From the NCBI GenBank assembly GCA_963765495.1, contig CAVXWP010000015.1, forward strand, positions 32,001-96,000: DNA of 64,000 nt, given 5' to 3'. The position numbers and the translations under genes were made by a program. Each line of letters starts with the position of its first letter. The first letter of the stretch is position 1. Under the pieces are notes generated by a model, which did not search any database, was not told where the DNA came from, and saw nothing but the letters and a program-made list of their open reading frames with translations. Shown piece after piece: positions 56,831 through 64,000 of the stretch. This stretch comes from Blastocatellia bacterium. Lineage in GTDB: Bacteria; Acidobacteriota; Blastocatellia; UBA7656.

Positions 56831-57622
56831 ATGGCTCGCCGCAGATTTTATGCCTCACCCGACGATTTCAGCGATCAGAAGATCAATCTATCTACAGAAG
56901 AGACCCATCACCTTACGCGTGTGCTGCGGCTGAGGGCGGGCGACGAGGTGTTTGTCTTTGACGGGCGCGGGTGCGAATATCAGTGCCGCTTTGTCGATGT
57001 GGTGAGCAATCGCGCTCAGGTCGAAATAATCACGCTTCTCCGGGATCAGGTTGAGTCGCCCCTTTTTTTGACGCTCGCTCAGGCGCTCGCAAAGGGCGAG
57101 AAGTTTGATCTCGTAGTACAGAAAGCGACCGAGCTTGGTGTCAGCCGGATAGTGCCTTTGCTGACCGAGCACATTGATGTGAAGCTCGACGGGGCAGCCA
57201 CAGGCAAGCGGTTGGAGAGGTGGCGGCGAATATCGCTTGAAGCGATAAAGCAATCGGGTCGCCGCGCGCTTGTTGAGATAGCCGCTCCGCTTGGGCTCGC
57301 GGATTTGATTGAATCTGATCGAGCGAGATACGAAGCCGAGACACACGCGATGCTGGTTTTTAGCGAGAAGGGCGGCGCGGCGATTGAAAAAGCGCTGGCC
57401 GAAACCGCCAATTGTTCGAGCGTGACGGCACTGATCGGGCCGGAAGGCGGATGGGCGGAAACGGAGTTGTCATTGATCGAAGAGGGTGGATGCCGGGCCG
57501 TGACGCTCGGCCCTCGCATACTCAGGACTGAAACGGCAGCCATCGTAGCCATCAGCCTGATCGAACACGCGCTCGGCGACCTTTCAACAGATAACTCGGG
57601 GGCCGATGATCTCTACCCTTGA
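56831..57622 (+). CDS. rsmE: 16S rRNA m3U1498 methyltransferase
   Basis: HLTRVLRL, QKATELGV, IGPEGG, LGPRILRTETA. Confidence 0.95.
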   Translation: MARRRFYASPDDFSDQKINLSTEETHHLTRVLRLRAGDEVFVFDGRGCEYQCRFVDVVSNRAQVEIITLLRDQVESPLFLTLAQALAKGEKFDLVVQKATELGVSRIVPLLTEHIDVKLDGAATGKRLERWRRISLEAIKQSGRRALVEIAAPLGLADLIESDRARYEAETHAMLVFSEKGGAAIEKALAETANCSSVTALIGPEGGWAETELSLIEEGGCRAVTLGPRILRTETAAIVAISLIEHALGDLSTDNSGADDLYP

Positions 57623-57665
57623 AGTTTATCATTTTCCCAGTTCCCGGTTACTGGTGAGCATTTCA

Positions 57666-57696
57666 CCGGCCCCCGGCCCCAGGCCCCAGGCCCCCG
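57666..57696. repeat. Tandem CCCAGGC-type heptamers between convergent genes
   Basis: CCGGC CCCCGGC CCCAGGC CCCAGGC CCCCG abutting the downstream stop codon. Confidence 0.55.
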
Positions 57697-60138
57697 CTAC
57701 ATAACCTTTTCAGCATATATGTCAGGGAGGTTTTCGCCATCTGATTGATAGGGTAAAGACTTTCTGCTGCGCTTGTTGACATACATCGCCCGGTCGGCGG
57801 CGAGCAGCAATTCATCGAGCGTGCTGCCGTCAAGTCCGAAACTCGCCGCGCCCATGCTGATTCCTACCGTGGGGATAAGCCCGATTGAATTAAACTCGTA
57901 TTTGTCGAGGAAAGTCTGAATCCTTTCGATCAAATCGCAGGTTTCGCCCGGATTTACCTGCACCAGGGCTACGAATTCATCCCCCGCATATCTGGCCAGA
58001 AAATCACTGCCTCGAATCTGGCTCGACAATGCCTGAGCCATCTCTCGGAGCACATTATCACCGGCCTGATGGCCCATCGTATCGTTGACAGCCTTGAACC
58101 CGTCAAGGTCCATCATCAGAATAGAGAAGCTGCCGCCTTGTCGTCTAAATCGATCCGCTTCCTCTTCGAATTTCTGCCTGAGCGCCCGCGCATTGGGCAA
58201 TCCCGTGAGCGTGTCTGTCAAGGCTGTGTTCTCAATATCTTCGTGATGCAATGCGTTGGCAAACGCATCGGCAGCCAGTTTGGCCGCCTCTTCTACAACT
58301 CGGATGTCATCCTGGCTGTAGGCTTCAAGCTCTATAGAGTAGAGCGCGAAAGCGCCCAGAAGCTCTTCGCCTCTGAGCAGGGGAATAGCGATGGCCGCGC
58401 GGTACTGGTCCTCCATATTCACTTTCATCGCATCGAAATCAAGACGCGGATCGGCATTGTACATGGGCTGTCGCATGGCTACGACTCTTCCGATCAGCCC
58501 GGTCCCGAAATTGATCTGTCGGCCCTTGAACATCTCCGCATTGCGCCCGCTTGCCTGCACCGCCTCAACCATCTGTGTGCCCGGCTTTGTCAGGTAGAGA
58601 ACACAGTTGGTGTACCTGACTATCTCCTGTAGCCTCGATGAAAAGACGGCGAACATATCGGATAATTCGAGGCTTGTGCCGATGGATTGCGCTATTTCGT
58701 AAAGGGTGCTTACTTCACGATGTGCGCTGCGAATGCGGTCAAAGGCCAGCCGCCCGCTGTCTGAGGCCGGTTCTGGGAGGCTCGGATTGACCTGGTGCGA
58801 AAAGGCCGCGGATTGGAGCTTCATTTTCTGATTTTTGATCTCGGCGTCGAATTCCGGCAGATGTTTGAGAAATAGTTGAACGACATTCGGATCATACATA
58901 GTTCCGCCGAGGCTTTTCAACATTTCGATAGCTTCGTCTCTGGTAAGCGCCTTGCGATAGGGGCGATCTTCCTGTAACGCGTCGAAGCAATCGACTACCG
59001 ACAGTATTCTGGCCGTGAGGGGAATCTGCCCTTCCTTAAGCGCATCGGGATAACCTCGCCCGTCCCACCTCTCGTGGTGATGCCGCACGACCGGCACTAC
59101 CGGATAGGGAAAGCCTACTCGCTCGAGTATCTCGGCCCCTACGATGGTATGTATCTTCATCTTTTCATATTCGGCGGGGGTGAGTTTGCCGGGCTTGTTC
59201 AAGATGTAATCCGGCACGGCGAGCTTTCCTATGTCGTGAAGCAGCGCGCCTGCCTTAAGCGCCTCTATTTCAGGCCCCGACAACCCGAGCAACCGCGCAA
59301 GACCTATCGCGTAAATGCGTACGCGATTGACGTGATCGTGTGTCACCTCGTCTTTAGCGTCAATGGCTATGGCGAGCGCCTCGATGGTTCTTAAATGCAG
59401 ATTGGCCATCTGCTCGGCGCTGTCGATGGATGTCTGCACCTTGCTTAGATAATTCTTGTATGTGAGATAAGTGACCGAAAGTATCGGAACGGCTATAATG
59501 ATCGCATAGACCGAGATCACGGTGAGTAATTTCACGATCAGACAGGCAGCAATCGCACCCGCGAAATAGGTTACCGAAGACCACAGAAACGCCTCTCTCC
59601 AGGTCCTCATAATGTTGCGCCTGTGTCTGAGCGCGGCCACGGCGTTTACGAGTCCCGAATTCAGCCCGTAGTGAATCAGTGCCAGCGACCCCGCTGCCAG
59701 AAACATGCGGCCCCAGTCGGAGGAGACTCGCGTCAGGTCGCCGAACATATACTCGACCACATGCGTAGAGATGTAAACGGAGAGACTCATCACCGCGACG
59801 TTGAAGGGGACGAGCTTTCGTTTGTTCGGATAAGCGAGCGAGCAGTAGGCCGCGTTTCCGCCCGCGAGCACGACCGAAGGGAGCACGCCGTAAAGCAGCG
59901 CGCATACATAGATGAAAGTGTCATCAAGCGTTATGGTGCTGTCCACTTTCGGGACTCTTATGACCGTGCGGGCGACCACAAGAATCGTCACAAGACTGAG
60001 CAGCCCCCACTCAGGATTGAATCGGACTGCGATCATCTGAATGACTGCGTAACCAAACACCAGCAACCCGGCCACAGACAGAACCGTTATGAAGAGCCTG
60101 GAGGCTGTCGTTTCCTGATTGTTGGAGGTTTGCTCCAT
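57697..60138 (-). CDS. Membrane-anchored HD-GYP + GAF + GGDEF c-di-GMP turnover protein
   Basis: N-terminal TMs; LHDIGK, HHHERWDGRGYP; GAF; DTLTGLPN, DLDGFKAVNDTMGH, RGSD-x5-AGDEF. Confidence 0.92.
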   Translation of the reverse strand: MEQTSNNQETTASRLFITVLSVAGLLVFGYAVIQMIAVRFNPEWGLLSLVTILVVARTVIRVPKVDSTITLDDTFIYVCALLYGVLPSVVLAGGNAAYCSLAYPNKRKLVPFNVAVMSLSVYISTHVVEYMFGDLTRVSSDWGRMFLAAGSLALIHYGLNSGLVNAVAALRHRRNIMRTWREAFLWSSVTYFAGAIAACLIVKLLTVISVYAIIIAVPILSVTYLTYKNYLSKVQTSIDSAEQMANLHLRTIEALAIAIDAKDEVTHDHVNRVRIYAIGLARLLGLSGPEIEALKAGALLHDIGKLAVPDYILNKPGKLTPAEYEKMKIHTIVGAEILERVGFPYPVVPVVRHHHERWDGRGYPDALKEGQIPLTARILSVVDCFDALQEDRPYRKALTRDEAIEMLKSLGGTMYDPNVVQLFLKHLPEFDAEIKNQKMKLQSAAFSHQVNPSLPEPASDSGRLAFDRIRSAHREVSTLYEIAQSIGTSLELSDMFAVFSSRLQEIVRYTNCVLYLTKPGTQMVEAVQASGRNAEMFKGRQINFGTGLIGRVVAMRQPMYNADPRLDFDAMKVNMEDQYRAAIAIPLLRGEELLGAFALYSIELEAYSQDDIRVVEEAAKLAADAFANALHHEDIENTALTDTLTGLPNARALRQKFEEEADRFRRQGGSFSILMMDLDGFKAVNDTMGHQAGDNVLREMAQALSSQIRGSDFLARYAGDEFVALVQVNPGETCDLIERIQTFLDKYEFNSIGLIPTVGISMGAASFGLDGSTLDELLLAADRAMYVNKRSRKSLPYQSDGENLPDIYAEKVM

Positions 60139-60173
60139 ATCAACCACTGCTTTGCCTGCGCTGCATCAAACCA

Positions 60174-60212
60174 GATTCAAGAAAGGGGCCGATTCAAGAA
60201 AGGGGCCGATTC
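60174..60212. repeat. 17-bp tandem direct repeat
   Basis: GATTCAAGAAAGGGGCC x2 followed by GATTC. Confidence 0.8.
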
Positions 60213-60215
60213 GCT

Positions 60216-60689
60216 TTAACGCGCATACATCGCGAAAATCACTCTGTCTTCACTTTGACTGATACTTACGCCGCACAGGGCGCATTCCTTAAAGAAACGC
60301 TTGGGAGCACGGCCAGACCTGTCTTCGCCGTATCCCAGCCAATCACCCGCTACGTACGGCATTCGGTATCCGCAAGAGCGGCACTCATCCGTAGGCCAGG
60401 CATCCTTGTAATTCAAGTAGACTTCGGCCACCTCAGCCGGAAGCGCCAGCCGATGTGTATCATCTGCCATAGTGAAATGGATCAAGTGCAGAAAGACTTC
60501 GGTCAGGTGAGTGATGTCAGGCTCCGGCTCGCACCTTTGATCGGGTGGCACCTGCTCCCAGAGATTGTATTGATGAATGTCTTCATAGACCTGCGCCAGA
60601 TGATCTTCCGACATGGTCGCGGCCAATCTCTCGCTTGCTGCCATCTGACTCACGGGATTCGCTTGCTTTTCGATTATGGTCTCAAACAT
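60216..60689 (-). CDS. Hypothetical protein with a C-terminal zinc ribbon
   Basis: CRSC...CALC pair; purine-rich AAGGGA upstream of the ATG. Confidence 0.6.
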   Translation of the reverse strand: MFETIIEKQANPVSQMAASERLAATMSEDHLAQVYEDIHQYNLWEQVPPDQRCEPEPDITHLTEVFLHLIHFTMADDTHRLALPAEVAEVYLNYKDAWPTDECRSCGYRMPYVAGDWLGYGEDRSGRAPKRFFKECALCGVSISQSEDRVIFAMYAR

Positions 60690-61057
60690 AACTGAATTTC
60701 CTTATTAGTTCATCTGCTTCAAAAAATTCGTGTCAAAACAAGTCAGGAATTCGGACCCTGTTTTGATTGTGGGGCTACCCAATCCGCTATTGCGAATAAA
60801 TCCAACCATCCCAAAATTGGCCAGGGTAAATCCATCAGGAATAGCGAGCACTTCCATTCGGTGCTCTTTCCTAAGCTCAACCGGCGATACGAAGAGTGGC
60901 CTCCCGGTTTGCAGGCCCTGTCGAATCGGGCCGGTGCTATTCAAACTCTTTAGCAATTGCATCATGCCTGATCCTCTAATCCAGCCTCCACTGATACTCT
61001 TCTCATCCTTAAACCCTCAGCTAATGGACTGAGCGAATAAACTTCGATATTGGCATT

Positions 61058-61073
61058 GTCAATATACGTGCCA
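61058..61073 (-). promoter_or_regulatory. Possible sigma54 promoter (imperfect -12 box)
   Basis: Minus strand TGGCACGTATATTGAC: perfect -24 box, TTGA instead of TTGC. Confidence 0.35.
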
Positions 61074-61460
61074 GAACCGTATGAAAAGCCGGAGGCCGGA
61101 TATCTGGATGGTCCCGCTCGTAACATGAATGCGAGATGTGGAGGAACAGGGGAGAGCTTAGTCGTTTAGACGCATTGCTTTAGCCCCTTTTTGCCACATC
61201 GAAGTCATAGTCAGCTATGGTGATAAGGAATACCGAATCCGATTGGCCGGGTCATTAGGCATCGATTACTCGAAACTCATGTTTTTTGAGCATCGGTCAT
61301 ATTGACTAAAAACATTCGCTCAATTTGCGGTTGGCCTTGAGCAACGGCCCAGGCCCAGGCTCGTGGCTGTCGGCAATAATTACCGGATTTATTCTGGAGA
61401 TATAAGGAGATTAGGATTTTTAAATCAAAGGGAGGGAAGACGTGATATGAGGAAGCTTAA

Positions 61461-61919
61461 ATGCCCCACGACGCTTCGCTGCGGGAGTCTGTTAAAGATG
61501 AGGATAGCGGTTATACTTTGATCGAGTTGCTGGTCGTTGTCTTCATTATTGGAGTCATCACCGCCATAGCAATTCCAAACCTATCCCGCGCCAGGCATTA
61601 TGCCAATTCCGGCTCCGCCATCCAATCGCTAAGAACGATCTCTACCGCGGAACAGACCTACAGAATCAGGTATGGTTTCTATTGCGCCTGGGAGATTCTC
61701 GTACAGGATGAGTATCTGGGGGCCGCTCTCAGCTCCGGCTACAAGAGCAACTACAATTTCACTCTGAATCTGGGCTCCGACGCCAAGTCGTTCGACTCTA
61801 TCGCCACGCCAGTGGACCTGCCCACTGTCCTCGATCATTTTTTCACGGACCAGACCGGGGTAATTCGCTTTAATACCGGTGCCCCCGCCGATGCAAGTAG
61901 CCCGCCGATACCGAGATGA
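61461..61919 (+). CDS. Type IV pilin/pseudopilin-like protein with a prepilin cleavage site
   Basis: SG|YTLIELLVVVFIIGVITAIAIPNL; SGY.F and FF.DQTGVIR motifs. Confidence 0.88.
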   Translation: MPHDASLRESVKDEDSGYTLIELLVVVFIIGVITAIAIPNLSRARHYANSGSAIQSLRTISTAEQTYRIRYGFYCAWEILVQDEYLGAALSSGYKSNYNFTLNLGSDAKSFDSIATPVDLPTVLDHFFTDQTGVIRFNTGAPADASSPPIPR

Positions 61920-61963
61920 ATTAGACGCCTCGCAGCAAAATTAGCGTTGGAGGATTTATTGTT

Positions 61964-64000
61964 ATGAACAAAGCGAGTGCCCTGCGTATAGCGGAAATGC
62001 ATGCTCTTAAAGGAGAGTATCTTCTCGCCATCGCAATGTATTCTAAGATCGCTGTGACTGACCCAAAAGACTCCACGATAATAAATGTGCTGGGTGATCT
62101 TTATGTTCGCACAGGTATGATCCCGGAGGCGATAGCCCGGTTCTCGCAAGCCGCCCACCTTTACATCGAAACCGGCTTTACGGGCAAGGCTGTTGCTGTA
62201 CTGAAAAAAGTTTTGAAGCTTGAACCCGGCAATCTGGAGGCAACATCGGAACTCGCCTCTCTCTACTGGCGGCAGGGGTTACTGGCCGAGGCGCGCGAGC
62301 GGTATTTTCTGATTGCCGAAACCTATATGCGGAGTGGAGAGACAGACAAGGTTATTGAAACTTATCAGAAGATTGCCGACATGGACCCCTCCAATGTAGC
62401 GGCCTGGATGAACCTGGGCGAAGGTTACTCTTCCAGAGGCTCCTCCGACAAAGCGCACAATGCTTTCTTAACAGCCGGAACTGAGTTCCTGCGCAGGGGA
62501 AAGATAGAAGATGCGCTCGACGCACATATGAAAGCTCTTGCTGCTGATCCTGACAGCTATCAGGCCCCCCTGACCATTGCCAAAATCTACATTCAGCAGG
62601 ATCAGACAGACCGGGCGGTCGAAGTTCTCTGCCAGACCCTTGAGAGGTACCCCGCCGATGTCACCCTGCTCGATATGCTCGGTTGCGCATATTTAGCAGC
62701 GGGCCTTATGGATGAGGCGGAACAAACATTCCTTGGTATTGTTGTTCTCGACCCCGGTCTCTACGACTGTGTGCTTCGAACTGCTCAGAGGTTCCTGGAA
62801 CTAAACGATCTTGATCGGGCAGCCGAGCAAATCGATGCCTGCATCGACATGATGCTTGCAGAGAGGGAAGAGCAAAAGGCAATAGACCTTCTCAGACAGA
62901 TACTGGACCGTGACAAAAATCACATCGGTTCCCTCAAGAGGCTCGCCGAGATTCATTCTCGATTACGCGAAGACTACAATCTCATAGCAATTCTCAAATC
63001 TTTGGCCGAAGCCGCCATCTGTAAGGGGAACGATGATGAAGCGATTGCCGCGCTAAAAGAGCTTGCCGAACTTGAGCCCGACGAGCAGACACATCGCCAG
63101 AGGTTGCAGGCTTTTGGCGTGCAGATGGAACCACGCCCCTTTGTGAAACCCGCCAGTGAGTGTGGGCTTGTCCTCTATGAATCGAGCGGCAGCCCTTTGT
63201 TCGAGGATCGAGTCCCGGAGATTAAGGGCGAAACAGGCTTTGTGATTTTTACAGGAGGAGACAGATTGAGTGGCGAATCAGTTGTCGAACGCCTGCCCGA
63301 ATCGGCTGGCGTAAACGGACCCCTCGTTAATGCTGAATCTCGAGATTCGTCTGATCTGTTTCTTGAGGGGGTGCCAGTCAGCCTCAATGCCGATCTGGAA
63401 TATATTGATTTCTTGTTGGAGCAGGGATACGTCGATACAGTGCGCCAGGTTCTCGACAGTATACGAAATAGACAGGGGGATCATCCCGAGATAATGCTTC
63501 GATACGATATGCTTGATAATTCCTCGAATCATTTACCGGATACTTTGACTGAAAGCCAATCCTCCAATATCTCTGCTCCTGACCCCGATTTTATCAACGG
63601 GATTTCCAGGATGAAGGAGATTTTTAAGGCCGACATGCTGGCCAGACAGGGGCATATCGAACAGGCAGCGGCAAGGCTCAGAGAGATCATCAAGAGTGAT
63701 CCCGATAATGCTCTGGCTCGCCTTAAGCTAAGGCAAATTTATCTACAGATCGGTATGACGAAACTGGCCACTGATGAAACTCTACAACTCGCTCGCATAC
63801 AGCACATATACAGCGAGGCGGGGCGGTCAGTCGGCTTTGTCAGAGGTTCTCAATCAGAGCCGATCCCCGATCCTGTCCAGGCAACCCGGCAGCCTTCCCG
63901 ACATATGAATGGGTGTGAATCGGAGTTCGAGGCGGCGCTCTCAAATGAAAAGCGCATGCTAAAGCGAATGGCTCTCTCGTTACCGCTTTTAGCGATCCAG
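61964..64000 (+). CDS. TPR-repeat protein with a probable C-terminal PilZ domain, runs off the window end
   Basis: Not in the ORF track. RBS GGAGG; MNKASALRIAE...DPKDSTIINVLGDLYVRTG...KKVLKLEPGN TPR pattern; last residues NEKRMLKRMALSLPL contain RxxxR. Confidence 0.8.
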   Translation, partial: MNKASALRIAEMHALKGEYLLAIAMYSKIAVTDPKDSTIINVLGDLYVRTGMIPEAIARFSQAAHLYIETGFTGKAVAVLKKVLKLEPGNLEATSELASLYWRQGLLAEARERYFLIAETYMRSGETDKVIETYQKIADMDPSNVAAWMNLGEGYSSRGSSDKAHNAFLTAGTEFLRRGKIEDALDAHMKALAADPDSYQAPLTIAKIYIQQDQTDRAVEVLCQTLERYPADVTLLDMLGCAYLAAGLMDEAEQTFLGIVVLDPGLYDCVLRTAQRFLELNDLDRAAEQIDACIDMMLAEREEQKAIDLLRQILDRDKNHIGSLKRLAEIHSRLREDYNLIAILKSLAEAAICKGNDDEAIAALKELAELEPDEQTHRQRLQAFGVQMEPRPFVKPASECGLVLYESSGSPLFEDRVPEIKGETGFVIFTGGDRLSGESVVERLPESAGVNGPLVNAESRDSSDLFLEGVPVSLNADLEYIDFLLEQGYVDTVRQVLDSIRNRQGDHPEIMLRYDMLDNSSNHLPDTLTESQSSNISAPDPDFINGISRMKEIFKADMLARQGHIEQAAARLREIIKSDPDNALARLKLRQIYLQIGMTKLATDETLQLARIQHIYSEAGRSVGFVRGSQSEPIPDPVQATRQPSRHMNGCESEFEAALSNEKRMLKRMALSLPLLAIQ

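Noticed and set aside
49596-57622. phoH-7TM-HD-ybeY-corC-era-prmA-rsmE as a novel system
   Set aside because: Well-known conserved ribosome-maturation neighbourhood
60705-60965. 86-aa minus-strand ORF as a confident gene
   Set aside because: No motif, and overlapped by an equally weak opposite-strand ORF; left unresolved

Overview
Chromosomal window from a GC-rich bacterium, probably Acidobacteriota/Blastocatellia-like (inferred from gene content, e.g. an acidobacterial-type VWA protein). 1-10.9 kb: housekeeping and accessory genes (PaaI thioesterase, alkyltransferase-like protein, Schlafen/AlbA_2 protein, trmFO, VWA protein, M19 dipeptidase, hemF, two secreted DSP phosphatases), plus an ORF-free, sigma54-promoted, terminator-bounded ~290-nt structured RNA candidate. 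10.9-45.9 kb: a large Wzx/Wzy exopolysaccharide locus with many tailoring enzymes (4 GT4, a GT-C, 2 AsnB amidotransferases, 2 CelD-type GNATs, a JmjC oxygenase, a deacetylase, a heparinase-II/III-like lyase, an AlgD-like dehydrogenase, an ExeA ATPase, and a wHTH-kinase-methyltransferase fusion). It also contains a 1598-aa secreted FN3/propeller protein whose leader carries a c-di-GMP-I riboswitch interrupted by a 130-bp palindromic repeat element. 46-57.6 kb: pdp, glycosylasparaginase, DinB-family protein and the phoH-7TM-HD-ybeY-corC-era-prmA-rsmE operon. 57.7-64 kb: c-di-GMP/type IV pilus module (HD-GYP-GAF-GGDEF protein, pilin-like protein, TPR protein with a probable PilZ start). Intergenic spaces are filled with several families of short inverted elements built from tandem 7-mers or 9-mers, many placed at stop codons. 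No rRNA, tRNA, CRISPR array or transposase was seen. All calls come from motif reading; no database searches were run.
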